In this document: piece by piece, positions 23,101 to 35,647 of the stretch
Numbering within the stretch: the stretch's first letter is position 1
How the letters are laid out: each line of letters starts with the position of its first letter
Assembly (NCBI RefSeq): GCF_964355755.1
Contig: NC_092672.1
Span: 14,942,001-15,006,000, forward strand
DNA from: Antedon mediterranea
Lineage: Eukaryota > Animalia > Echinodermata
Length of the DNA: 64,000 bases
Reading direction: 5' to 3'
Made by a program: the position numbers and the translations under genes
The notes under the pieces: model-generated
What the model was told of the DNA's origin: nothing
The model's input: the letters and a program-made list of their open reading frames with translations, nothing else
Database searches by the model: none

Positions 23101-26100
23101 GAAATTATTACATAATAACTCTATGCTGGATGGTAACAAGAGATTCAAGTAACATGAAATGAAATTATTACAATGTTATGTTTTCAATATATACTTAGTA
23201 TAAAGTACAATTACATCAGAGTAGGGAAAACATAATCGTTACTTTTAAACAAATAAACACTAATACATATCTTCCATTTCATGTTTCACATTCGACATTT
23301 TTGGGTTTCAGAAGTACAGTAACATAAATTTACCCTTAGCTTACAGAATGTTGGCTTTCAAAAGAAACCATACCAAGATTAACTTCTAGTTATCTATTTA
23401 AGAAGTTTAGTATGTTGAAAGTATATAAGTTGTGTTACATATTGTATATTGGTAGTTTAGATAGGTAAATTGTATAGATTGTACATGCCAATTTTCAGCC
23501 TCCAAGAATTTCTTCATAAACAGCGGACTGAGAAAAAAAAAAGAAAATGAGGAGCTTATTGTGTGATTGGGAATTAAGGGTGTATAGTTTGACGACCCCA
23601 AACTTTGGAGGTATCAAACTACGCTTTCTTATCCCGTCACCTAAGCATTCCTCTCTTAATTACAGTGATCGTAGCCGTGGGGGACGCGGTGGCGGCTTCA
23701 ATAGGGACGGTAAGTTAGTCAATATTTGGCAAGCGTCCGCTACTAAAAGTTTTAAAACCTTTTCTTGTCATCACTGAACAGCTAGTTTTACATTGTTTTG
23801 ACAAGCAGTTTGAGAATAATTATGATCTCGTACTGTGGTCAAAATACTCAATTCAGAGTTCATCTTATGAAATTTAGTGGGCCTTGTGTATAACAAGCTA
23901 ATAAATCTGCTCCTATAACAATTCACAAATATATCAATAAAGAGTTTTTTTAAACCTTTCATACAGATTTTAATGCAGCGTGTTACTAAAATTAAGTTTC
24001 ATGTATCAAGAGTGTACTGTTGTATACTGACAATATCCAACTCCTGGTTTTTTATTTATTTTATACAGTATAAAGTTGTTTTATTTTCATTATTTAATTA
24101 GAATATTGTGTGAATAGAATCATTTGTGATCCAACTGTATACAGGTCTGCATTAACGCTAAATAAATCTTCCGGGAAAGAATGGGTACTCTAAATGTAAA
24201 CAGTGAATCTAATCAACTACATTTTTAATGGTGACACATTTTCTGAACAAATAAAATTCATTAATATCAAATGGTCTTGGTCTAAAATATATATAATACA
24301 GTGTATATATTTCCGAAAAGGTCAAATAATTGTTTTAAAACACAAATGAGGTATTAAGTCTGGTATCAAGTTGAATGGATTAGGCTCGCTGATAATGGTT
24401 GTAAAATTAAAAAGGGTAGAAAGATGGTGCTGTTCCAATAAATGTTACAATACAAAGATAGTGTAAATATACCTATAATTTTATACTTTTTAATTCAAAT
24501 TTGTTGGGTAGTAATTAAACTACTACTGCTAAACAGGGAAATATTGTAGGTCTAATGTCACTTTGGCAATGAAGGGTTAAAGGAGGGTAATTTTTTTTTA
24601 TTATTTAAAACATAGGTGAAAAAGTTCAAGTTTGTTAATTTATGAAAATTACTTTCATAGGTGGAAGCAGCAGGGGAAGTGGACCAGGAGCCGGTACTGG
24701 TGGAGGTGGTGGAGGAAATTCAGGCCGATATGGTGGAGGTAAGTCAATGATGCTAACAATTAATAATAATAATAAGATTTATACAATGCACATATCCACT
24801 AAAGTGCTCAAGGATTACGGTAATTAATATGTTGTACAATGTCGTTATTCGTAGTATGAATTATTTGAAGTGTTTGCATTTTCTGTTACAGATACAGAAA
24901 TGATCGAGATGCATGATACAATATTTGTCAGTGGCCTTGGTACTAATGTAACAGAAGAAGCAGTTGCCGAGTTTTTTGGCAACATTGGTGTTATTAAGGT
25001 AACGGAGTGGTGTAAATGGTTTCTCTGCTTTTCTTCTATTTTGGATATTTTATGGATCATTTTTCAGTGCTTAAAATCATTGTATTAGGCACTATATAAG
25101 ACTACCATTATTCCGATTCCTTATGTTTTAGATCTAATTTAAGGTAACAAACTACATATAATGTAAAAATAAATACTGTATGGTCATATTGAGGTCCTTT
25201 TTTTTGTTAAAATGTGAATAAGACGATTCTAATAATTTTAGCGGCCCGCTATAATCCCAACATGCATTGCGCGCAGATTGATATTTTATTTTTTATTGTG
25301 TAATTTACCCACTTTTCGTTCACAAGGCCAAAACAAATCGAACATTTCAGCAAAAATACAGAGTTTCCCCCAATTTGTATAACAGAGTCTGGCAAAAACA
25401 GAAAGACAATTAATAGAGCAACTATATGTCAGGCCAAGTCTATAGCTAGCGTATGGTGTTCGTACGTTACCAGTGTTTACCAGCCAGGCCTACAAAACTA
25501 AGAATACACCACGCTAAGGTCAAATCTGCTTTCGCAAAATTTGCGAAAGGTCGCCGATTTTTTTTTTTCTCGCAAAATCGTCAATTCTTTAGCAAATTTT
25601 AAAAACCACAAAAATGACTAAATTTGTCGGTGGCTGGGGTAGCACTAACATTTCATTTTGTTTAGCCATTTGGCGAAAGTCAAAATATTTTTTTTAGTCA
25701 AATCAGTTTATCTATAGCCAAAATGGCTAAAGTCCAATTTTTTTATTTAGCCAAATGAATCGGTCATCAGCCAAAATTAAAAAAATATTTCTAGCAAACG
25801 AACACTCATATCGTTGTTGAATGTGCAGATAATAGGCCAAAGCACAGGGAAAAAGCGTTTCTTTTGGGGGAGAAATTTATACCACCCCGGCCCGATTATT
25901 TATTAACCAACAACACAAAAGTTGGCGGCCGGCCTTGCTGTTTATATAGTCCGCAAAAAAATGCACGCCTGTTAGACTTTACCATTTCCCGAATGTTATT
26001 TTGTTTACTCTACTGACGCACTGCACGCACGAGGAAACTTTATTAAGGGTAAAATATGAAACTACATTATTGGAGCCTAAAATGCATAACGCATAAATAT

Positions 26101-29100
26101 TGATTTCGATAAGATCATTCATTGAAGATACTATGTTTCTTTTGAATCTGAAAAGTACACCCCTATCGAAAAATAGACAATCCCGGTAAATAGCCGACCG
26201 ACGGGGCTGTCGTCGATCGTTTGTGCAGCGCAACATGTGATAGTTTGGGTAGACTCCATCATCCATGTGTCGTGTAATGTCTGTCTCTCTCTGTGCAGTA
26301 TACCTCAATCATATTGAAATAACAAAGAGACGCCTGGTACAACGAAACAAGTTTACGAAAATGGAGCTTGAAGTAAACAACATTATAACGAACAAAATAA
26401 ATGCTTGAAGATCGACAAATGGACCTTTTAGTTGGACTTTATGCTTTCGCCAAAATGATTATTTGTTTATCTATTTTATCATATGTCATCGCCAAAATGG
26501 CTAATGTAGCCGTTTTATTTTTCGCCAATCTGGAAACGTTTCGCCCATGGCGACTTGGCGATCGGCCAGTGCGAGCCCAGGGTAGATACATCAAATGGAT
26601 ATCAAATAAATGTGTTAGTTGTTGTCTTGTATTGTTTTTATATTTTATTCATTCAAGTTTGTGATTGAAAATACAAATAAAAACATGACCGCATGCAAAA
26701 ATGTTAGGCCTATCTACTGCAGCCTCACTGGCCTGACGCGATACCAGTCGCCACGGCCAAGTCATGTAATGTATGGTCGGCGTCAGGCCTTTATCAACAC
26801 AAACAATATGAAATAATAATAATGTTTGTGTTTTATTTGCTTCTTATTCACCCACATGTTGAATGTTTTGATTTTCTCCGTCACAAAAACATCTTAACAC
26901 ACGCCATAAACGAACATTTTCATGCAGCATGTTGCGTGATATTTACGACGCACGACGGATCAGCAGCTTAGTCGGGCGCGTGTACATTTATTTACAGATA
27001 ACACGATTTCCAACTACTCGCCTGAACAATTAAGTAGACCTCTGAACGGAAATCTTGTTTTAATTAACATACTCGAGTAACGCGGAAAAAAACGTTGTTG
27101 ATAGGCAAGTAATGCAATATCTCTACATTGCTATCGCTTATAGTTATAGGCTGGCAACGGTATCGAAGTCGTTTGAGATTTTAAAGAAAAATTATTTTCG
27201 CAAGTTTTGCAAATGATATCAATTTTTCGCAAATTGACCACTCCAATCGCCATTTGCGAAAAAAAATGGTTAGCGTGAGCATAACTAACTAGGCTAGTCC
27301 TAAATACCGTCCGTTAAGGACATTTACCGTGAGCTACTTAGGTAGTTGTTTCTTTCTGTTTATCATAATTTACCATAAAATGTACATTTAAGACAATGTT
27401 AATGTTTTTAAAGTAATATATGTGCATTATTTTTACAAATCGTTACAAACTGTACGGAATGGGTCTTTAAATAAGGGAATTTTGAAGAAACCCATTTATT
27501 AAATACTTTACTATTATTTTTAATTTAGATGGACAAACGAACTAATAAACCCAAAGTTTGGGTGTACAGAGATAAGCACAATCAGAATGTACCTAAAGGA
27601 GAAGTGACTGTAACGTATGATGACCCTCCAACAGCCAAAGCAGCCATCGATTGGTTCAATGGTAAGTCATTTTTGCAAATGTTTTTTGGTTTTTTGTTTG
27701 TTTTTGTGTTAGGAATTCTAAAAATCTGTAAATTAATCTAGAGCTTCTTAATTTGCATACAACTGTACTTCTGTTGCGTTATGCTTTTGAAGGCATGTTT
27801 GTGCTGTACTATTGTATTTGCAGGATGTTTCTTGATTTTATTAAATAATTCTTCAACCGTGCTAAATTAGGTAATATTGTCATTTCAGGTAAAGATTTCC
27901 ATGGAAACATCATGAAAGTAGAACTAGCAAAACGTCCAGCAACGTCAAACTATGGTAAGTTTGTATTCAAATACATACTGTCATGGCAATAACCAGAATG
28001 GAAATGAATTGTGTTGCCTTCTGGTTGTGATGTAAGCGATGTTAATTAGCTTTTGTATATGATGATACTCGGACACCTCTTGTATGATGTAATGAAATGA
28101 TTCTATTCACGATATATATCTGATGCAAATATGCTTTCTGAACATTAATAAAAAATAATAATTAGTTTCTCGTTAATACTAACCAGTTTTTTCTTCATAA
28201 TGTAGGTAGAGGAGGTGGTAGAGGCGGTGGTGGTGGAGGAGGAGGATTTGGACGTGGTGGAGATAGAGGAGGAAGAGGAGGTGGATTCCGTGGTGGACGA
28301 GGACGCGGTGGTGGTGGTGGAGGAGGTGGTGGTGGTGGTGGTCAAGGTGGTGGACCTTCAAGAGATGGTGATTGGACATGTCCAGAAAGGTATTCAATTC
28401 AATTTTTTTTTGTTTCGGAAATATTTCATCCCAACCAAAAACAAATGTGCAAACTGTAAGCTTATACTGTATAGAATTCTTCTCCATCTACAATACACTA
28501 TTCAACATACATTGCAAAACACAGAATCTTACTGTTTGTTTATATTTGTTTTTTTTTTTAATTATTAGCTCACTATTTCAAAAATGTATAATAGTTACAA
28601 AAAAATACGAGAGCAGGAGGATGACCCTATAAGCTCGAAAGCTTGTTTCCATAGGGGTCCTCGAAACATATTACTATAAATACAAATAAAGCATCAACAT
28701 CGAAAATACAGTAGTATGTCAAAGTTGTCGGTTTTGCCTCATGCCATCATTTGTACTATTCCATTAAACATTCATTATTTTTATATTATTATTAACAATT
28801 GGTCAGTCTTAATTGGATTTAAATTAGAATTGCAACTGTATTGAACACTAAACAATTTTCATTTCATTTTAGCACTTGCGGTAACAACAACTTTGCATGG
28901 AGGGATACCTGTAATAGGTGTAAGACAGCAAGACCAGGAGGTGGAGGTGGGGGTGGAGGAAGAGGAGATGGTAAGAATATGTAAAAACTATAACAACAAA
29001 TAAATAATTATAATAATAATTTAATTTAATAATTATGTCGTTTTAGTACTGCAAATCTATCAAGTACTTGGAAATTCAGTAATTATAGCCACGCATACAA

Positions 29101-29477
29101 ATTTGATACGGTATAATATACAAAGAATGTTTGAGTTAGATTGATGGAACTAACAGTTATAATATATATTTGTCCTGAATTGATTATTGTTTACATGTTT
29201 TTGATTTTTATTTATTTATTTTGTAGTGTGTACATAACAAATAACATATATGTAGCTGTGTTATAAAACCCAATGTAAGCTGCATACAAATAATGTTAAA
29301 AATGTTTTTCTTGTAGGAGGACGAGATTTCCGTGGTGGTGGTCGTGGTGGATTTAGTCGTGGAGGTGGACGCGGAGGTGGTCGTGGAGGATTCCGAGGGG
29401 GCCAAGGGGGTGGTGGATTCAAAATGGGTGGTGGGCGTGATGATCACAGAAGAGAGCGACGAGATCGCCCCTATTAA
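14118..29477 (+). CDS. FUS/EWSR1/TAF15: FET-family RNA-binding protein (FUS/EWSR1/TAF15, cabeza ortholog), 15 coding exons, ~535 aa
   Basis: Phase-compatible GT-AG exons: 14118-14133, 16932-16968, 19935-19995, 20163-20370, 20461-20754, 21375-21446, 21569-21617, 23666-23709, 24661-24738, 24892-24998, 27529-27661, 27889-27954, 28206-28389, 28873-28970, 29317-29477 (1608 nt). QGSY-rich N-terminus, RGG boxes, RRM ([31 protein letters not shown]), RanBP2 ZnF ([24 protein letters not shown]), C-terminal [16 protein letters not shown]. Confidence 0.95.
15086..15944. mobile_element. Non-autonomous TIR element (~75-bp TIRs) in FET intron 1
   Basis: attccggcaccggaactcaactgcccagcgttagggaatccgacac.. is mirrored at 15870-15944. 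Confidence 0.75.
17038..19465. repeat. ~180-bp local tandem duplication; the first copy is split by the Tc1-like element
   Basis: 17038-17140 plus 19205-19280 matches 19281-19465. Confidence 0.8.
17141..19204. mobile_element. Tc1/mariner-type non-autonomous element with TA TSD in FET intron 2
   Basis: TIR cagtaccggacagaattattgca..tgcaataattctgtcctgtactg with TA on both sides; the empty site is visible in the duplicated segment at ~19380. Confidence 0.85.
19743..19918 (+). mobile_element. Short Helentron-like non-autonomous element abutting the FET exon 3 acceptor
   Basis: 5' hairpin gttctgaac..gttcagaac; 3' end gacgaattcaaatctagtt shared with the element ending at 51883; internal piece repeated at ~14998-15043. 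Confidence 0.55.
23055..23172. repeat. 60-bp tandem duplication in FET intron 7
   Basis: ataactctatgctggatggtaacaagagattcaagtaacatgaaatgaaattattaca occurs twice with period 60. Confidence 0.9.
23549..23653 (+). promoter_or_regulatory. Long intronic RNA stem-loop covering the branch-point/pyrimidine region upstream of FET exon 8
   Basis: Nested helices gagga/tcctc, gctta/taagc, gtga/tcac, ggga/tccc, taag/ctta, tagtttga/tcaaacta, acc/ggt, ccaa/ttgg. The pairing is seen directly; the regulatory role is inferred. Confidence 0.6.
25140..27350. mobile_element. Nested degenerate DNA-transposon remnants in FET intron 10
   Basis: Imperfect inverted ends (ctggggtagcact ~25636 / agtgcgagcccag ~26580; cacgctaa ~25510 / ttagcgtg ~27270) and recurring ttcgcaaa/gccaaaatggcta subterminal motifs; no TSD confirmed. 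Confidence 0.45.
28052..28129 (+). ncRNA. Candidate intronic box C/D snoRNA in FET intron 12
   Basis: Box C ATGATGA 28059-28065, D' ATGA 28084-28087, box D CTGA 28120-28123, terminal stem tttgta/tgcaaa, ~82 nt from the 3' splice site. Guide GACACCTCTTG is complementary to a 28S rRNA segment recalled as CAAGAGGUGUC. Confidence 0.7.
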
Positions 29478-29715
29478 TCTTGCGGTTACTTTTTTTGTAA
29501 AATAAGTTGTGGTACTTGATGCTATTGTTGCAAACAATTTTACTATTGTGTATGACTCGTCATAATGTGAAAAATTAGTATGTAAGCCTTTTTTAATGTT
29601 AATCTATAAAAAAAATGTCTGATCATGCCTGAACTTCTTCACATGTTCAATTGATATTTGTTGCAGTTTAGAGTTGTGATTTAAAAAAAAAGTTAAATAA
29701 ATCTTAGTAGATGTT

Positions 29716-29721
29716 AATAAA
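29716..29721 (+). terminator. Candidate polyadenylation signal of the FET gene
   Basis: AATAAA ~240 nt after the stop, followed by GT/T-rich sequence; a second AATAAA lies at ~29696. Confidence 0.4.
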
Positions 29722-30949
29722 ATTAGTTTGTGCTTTATCTTTGACATTGAGAGATTGAAATACCACATCCAGTATTTATAACATTGAGATTAATATTTTG
29801 AATATGAAGTATACTCTGCAAAAGGTTTATTTCATTCAACATTTGCAATATGAACATTTGGGGTTAGGTTTGATTCAGCGTGCAAGTCTGGCCCTAGTAT
29901 TACTAAGTACTGTTATTAAAAATGACATGCTGTATTAACTAAAACTTTTTCAACTATTGTAATGGTCACTCTCGCAGTATCCTGTGTTTCTTTTGTTTTA
30001 TGTAGTAGCTTCCTAATGTCATTCTGTTTCTATGTCAAATCCAAAATCATCATAATCAACAAAACAACGCTCTTTGTTTTTCCACTATAGAGCTCCAAAG
30101 GATTAAAATGTCTGTATTGACTGAAATTGTTTCATCCAATTGTAAAAGCTACAAGAATTGTTAATTCGCGTCTGCTTTCCATTATCATTCATGTCTGCCA
30201 GATCCACAATCATCAACTCTATTTTGTAATCATTTATTTGATCAAAATCAGTAAAAAAAACTAATAATTTTAAAATATTTAAAACAAGTTTAGAATGAAG
30301 TTAAAATGCCATCATCTGAACATTTGAACAAATTGGTGGAACAAAATTAAAATAATTAAGTCGGTGGCAGATTAAAAAATATTCACTAAAGATTGTGTAC
30401 GCCTAAATAAAATGTATGTAGTGAATAAATTAATATTTCAATGTTTTTAGTTTTTTCGGGGGTTATTTTCGGTTAAATATAAAAATGCACCTGTGACGTC
30501 AAATATCTAGGGTGCATTTTTTTGCAGTCCTTATAACAAAAAAAAATACACAATTTTATGTTCAAGTTCAAATTTATTCACATAATGCAAACATATACAA
30601 AATATATATTATAAACACATCAGGCAAAGTTATATATATATTCTAATAAGCCACCAGCTTTAAACAAATTTTATTTGACTATAAGGCTGTTGAACTGTTT
30701 TTTAATATTGGCGGTGATTTTGAAAGGCGCTCTCATATATGTTACCACATTAACTATTCAATGTCCTTAATGATTTACTCTCGTCACTAAATATCCAAAA
30801 TGTTATGTTTTAGCAGCCATTAAAAAAAACCGCCCTCATGCTAAAGTTGTACGGTTTCATCTCTTTTATATATTGTATTGTAATAGAACATTTGACTAAA
30901 TGTAATGTGAAATGACCGGAAGTAAGTTATTGACATTTGACCTACTGAA

Positions 30950-31477
30950 TATAGGGTTATTATGTTTACAATTATGTTATGTCCCATGTTTATTGTTTGA
31001 AGGTTTGCATGGCAAAATCAAATGTTGATATAAAGTTTGTGGTACGCCACACGTGAGGACGATAAAGCATATTGATCGAAACGTAATACGTGCAGATTTA
31101 GACAAAAATCCCCATTTTTACCCCCCATGACTTGTTTTGAATATGCTTATCTGATGCATGTCCGTCTAACACAAAATGAACAGTTGAATAAAACAAGGTC
31201 ATATAGATGGCTGCAGTCGCGTGCTCATTAATGTTTACCGACCGACCAACCTACCAACTGACCGAAATTACTAAACATGTTTAAAAACAGTTATATTTTT
31301 TTAATTTACACGTGCGTAGCCTGTCACTTTTGACGTGGTCGTATAACGTAATTTCGAGTTGAAAAGTAAGTCAAGAAAACAGAAATCGGGCAAAAAGAGT
31401 GCGCAATAAAATTTAACGCGCAGACAGCCAGACCGACCGACATAGTGAACTATAGAGTCGCGTCCACGCGACTAAAA
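30950..31477 (-). mobile_element. Helentron/DINE-like element
   Basis: Terminal hairpin agtcgcgt cc acgcgact next to an A run, with adjacent (gacc)n microsatellite; inner boundary approximate. Confidence 0.5.
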
Positions 31478-32022
31478 AGGGAACTTTAATGTAAAGGAAC
31501 GTTGCGGCGTGCGTGTAAATAGCAGTGTCGGCCTTTTTGTAAGGTCGTGCATGCCTTTGTGGTGGATCGAGTGGGTTGGACGGTCCAGCTTTCGAAGTAG
31601 TCCTGGCTATTTCACATTAATTTCTGGTTCGTTCTCCTGATTTCGATATTTTATTCTTTAATCGTCTAATTAACTTGATGTGTGATGTCCGAAACAAGTG
31701 GGTTTAAACTTAAGCAATTTAACTATCAAAACAAAAACTTGTTGAAGCTGGTGGTCAACGAAATCAAAACAACAATGGTGACTAAGGTTGGGGATGGGAC
31801 GGGTAGCCGATGACGCAGTAAATAACCAAGGGCTGATTGGTTGAATTTCGTCTCTGCATAAATTATACAGATATTGACTGCTTAGAGGTTAAATATAAGT
31901 TTTGACATCACCGAGGGAATGATATTTTGTTCGAGGGAATATATATTTCCCGAAGCGCTTGCTGAGGGAAATATATTTCTTGAGAAATCTTATATTTTTA
32001 CCGATAAAAGGCGATATCTGTT

Positions 32023-32510
32023 ATATTACATAGCCAACAACAAGTTGAATATCTACTGCTGGGTCGGGTGTAGGTGGTATAGGCTAGGCTAAGCCTTCTT
32101 TGTAGTAATAAGCCTGCCTAGGCCTAGTTAAAGCGTTGCATTCACCTTACCTTGCGAAGAATAATATACAGATAATTACTAATTAATGATTCTTTGGCAA
32201 TAATATATTCACTTAGACCTAGGTCGTTTAAATAAACAGAAGAATTTTCATCAATAAGCCTACATTAATAATAATAATAATATCAGGTATGCCGAATAAA
32301 TAATAATTCGTCTTCTTTAACCGAATCACTGGATGTTGAGCGCGCCGCGCGTACCAGGTTACTACCGTGAGCATTGACCAATCACCAACGGTCTCATCAC
32401 ATCTTTAGAGAGCACGAATAACAATATACGATTTACGATCATCGCAGAGTTGTCATGAGAAATGCAGTTTCAACCAATCACGTTCACGTATTTGCATAGG
32501 CTATGTAATA
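32023..32510. mobile_element. Small TIR element (tattacatagcc..ggctatgtaata)
   Basis: 12-bp perfect inverted repeat; family not assignable. Confidence 0.45.
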
Positions 32511-32995
32511 TTAGCGGTTACGTATTATGTATATTAGTAATAAAAATAGAATAATGTTGTTTTTTATTTATTAAGGTTCAGTTTCAAGCCAGAATCCACC
32601 TGAGTGAAAGCCATTTTTTACATAAATTATGATATCGAAAATCAGTTTATGGATATTAATATAGAAATTAAAAGTGTGGGAGTTGGGCATGCTCCTTTAT
32701 ATCCGCCATTGTACACAATTTATTTATAAGTAGGCCTATATTCACTGGTTATTTAATAATAATGGTAGAAAGAATAGTGAATCATTCCTTTACTTCGCAT
32801 AAAGGGAAAACTTATCACGGTTGAAGAACGAACAAAAGAATAAGGTGTATTGTTATTTCACGATTGTAGGAACGGCAGTCTTTGTCTTGAAATAGTCGAT
32901 GTGTGGACGACGACGTGAAAAACTAAATCAAGAATTTTTCGGCTTTATAACAATAATAATTATTATTAATATTATATCACACACAAGTTTAGAAC

Positions 32996-35089
32996 ATGAG
33001 TTGTTGCCATGTTTCTTGCGAAGATCTGGGCTTATCTACAAAGGAGAATGACACGTTTACAAAAGGGCAGGTAATTCTATTCTAGGCCTAATGGTCGTAC
33101 TACTACTAGGCCTACCTGTTAGGCATAACTACTGTATAACAAAACTTAATCGGTATCATACGTTCGTTTAAATCCATGGAATAAATACAGTAAACCTTAG
33201 TCGGTAAAATAGGAAAAAAGAGTAGTAGAAGAACAAGAAACTCTCATCACCTGGATTCCACCCTTCTTCATCCAATAGCAAAAACTCACAGAAATCCCAT
33301 ATTTAAATCCTCCATTTTTTATTGAGGATCGAATTGTGTGAGTACAAAGAGATAACGCGAAACCAGTGGGAAGATACTCTCTCTGTGTCGGCGTACGGTG
33401 TTTTACGGAATTGTCATCAAACGCCCAAACTATTTAGGTATATGTTTTATTTCGTATACTGTACTTTCGAAATATATCGAAAGTACAGTTCTCCCTTTCC
33501 ATTCATTTGTTTTGTGATATGATTATTTATGATTATGTGAATGAAAACAAAGAAAGAAAGGTAATGTAAAATTTTAAAACAAAGAAAAAACTACAAAAGG
33601 TTAAAAAAAATCAACAAATTATATAGATGAGAATAATTGTCAAATCAATTTCCATATGTCTAACAAAGGTAAGCTTAACAATTGAACGTTGACAAACAAA
33701 ATACTAACTATAATTCAACGTTCAAAGCGTACAGAAGTATAGCCTAATCAAGGAATACTCTTCCCTGGCCTAATAGACTTGCAGTAGTACTGTACATTGC
33801 TTCGGTTTTAATCAATAATGTATTTTATTCATAGGCCGAGTAGTTTTATTTTAACTTAAAGAAATTCACTTTATTCATTATTTTATCTTTTCAGTGCCCT
33901 TTTTGTTGCAATCGATTGACATACGTCATTTATCGCATAGTTGTTGCTTTCTCTTACATTGTCTTCTTGATATTGTATCTAGTAAGATTTATGCAAGAAA
34001 TTGGCTTCCGTCTATTTATATACGTAACTAGTTGGTCGGTAATTGTATTTTCCATATACAACGTCATCGCTATGTTAAATAGTATCATTTTTACAAGATC
34101 TAACACAGAAGAGGAAGATAGTTCAAAGGAAAACGCTATGACGAGGGATAGAGCTATAAGTTCTAACGGACCAGGTACTATTGGTCGACAGGTGAATGAG
34201 AGTAAGTTGTTCATTCAATTATCTATCTATAAACCTAACAGCAGTCCAAATTTTCCAAGATCTAATAATTTTATGTTTATACAATACAATACAAAGTTTG
34301 TTTTATACTTGACATGACATATTATATTATATTAAATTGATAACAAATTCGTCTCAATATCACAACCCCAACGTATACTACTCCTCGTCAAATATAGATA
34401 GTAAACACAGTTTTGAGTTCTATTCTATAGGCATTTTTTTTATATGTATGAAAATGTAGGCCTATATTTGTTTTCCAGGAATATTCAATCAGTCAAACGC
34501 ATTTCAACGGATGGTCGTAAAACGCCGTATACAGTACAAAATGTCAACAAACAAAAAAACACAATGGCTTCTTTTTAATATTTCATGTAACACATCGTTT
34601 ATAATTTCTACAGTTTATTGGACGTCAGTGTATGTTTTGAACTTGTATGATAAACCAAATACTTCATTTGACTTTGTCGACATTATCCACATAACCGTTA
34701 TTCCATCGGTTCTTTCTTTGATCGAACTAGTACTTTTTGCAACGCCTGTGCACTTTGTACACTTTCATTACACGTGGTGGTTTGGACTTTTATACGTATT
34801 TTTCAATGTTGTTTACTGGTTGACTGGTGGAACTAATGAACATGGTGAACATTATATTTATGATCTCACAGACTATGATGAAGATTTTCTCACGGCCATT
34901 ATTTCAGTGTTATGTTTGTTAATTGCTGTTGTGATTTCTCAAGCCAGTATGTGGACTATCTATTGTTTACGAATGCTTGTTTCACACCAGAAACCGATCG
35001 TGTGCCAAGATAACACAGAATCAGTGGAAATAAACGTTCCAATTTACGAGAATTTGGGATTTGAATCACCGTATGCGACTGTTATGTAA
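32996..35089 (+). CDS. rost: Protein rolling stone-like multi-pass membrane protein (FAR-17a/AIG1-related), 3 exons, ~330 aa
   Basis: Exons 32996-33070, 33895-34201, 34479-35089 (993 nt, phases 0 and 1). Motifs DLGL..FTKGQ, YVIYR, LFIYVTSWS, QWLLFNI..IISTVYW, IELVLFATPVHFVHFHY..YVFFNVVYWLTGG..YIYDLTDY. Confidence 0.85.
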
Positions 35090-35647
35090 TGTTAGAGGGC
35101 GAATGTAGACTTAATGTGGAAGATTTGATTACATTCAGTAAATTCAATCGAACAATAACATTTCTTTTAAATATATATATATATGCCTATACACTATTCA
35201 CTCTGACAATCAGAAGTGAAAAATTATGGTATACCATCATTTATTCAGACAAAAACTACCGATAATAAAACTTCTAGTATTCTATATATATTGTTTTATT
35301 GTAATCGTATTTCATAACAATCGGCTGATTGTTCATAGTTTTTTCAATAAATATATTTACAGATTTTACATTCTATATTTGAGTACAATATAAATAAAAT
35401 AATTGAATACAGTATATAAAACTCACTCATTGTTTAACTAAGAGGATTGTATACAATTTAATGACAAAAAAAGAAGATGCAGTTTTCTCTATAACGCACA
35501 CACTGCAATTTAGTTAGCTCATAACATGAATCCATGCTCATATAACGAAGCAATCTAACAACATGATGCTGAGCTTCGGCAATCAACTAAGGGTTTATCT
35601 GAAGATAATTGCATTGGTCCACTTAAAACAAAAATAATGTAAGATAG

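Noticed and set aside
28615-28665. Hairpin gaggatgaccctat..ataggggtcctc as a novel ncRNA
   Set aside because: It resembles the stem-loop at LINE/SINE 3' ends on the minus strand; there are no snoRNA boxes or complete ribozyme core.
28145-29537. Thr/Ser-, His- and Val/Glu-rich ORFs (28145-28345, 28179-28487, 28215-28568, 29208-29537)
   Set aside because: They are antisense or off-frame readings of the RGG-coding FET exons.
34192-34197. Alternative donor cag|gtgaat for rolling-stone-like exon 2
   Set aside because: It gives phase 0 and an early TAA in exon 3; the donor at 34202 keeps the frame.
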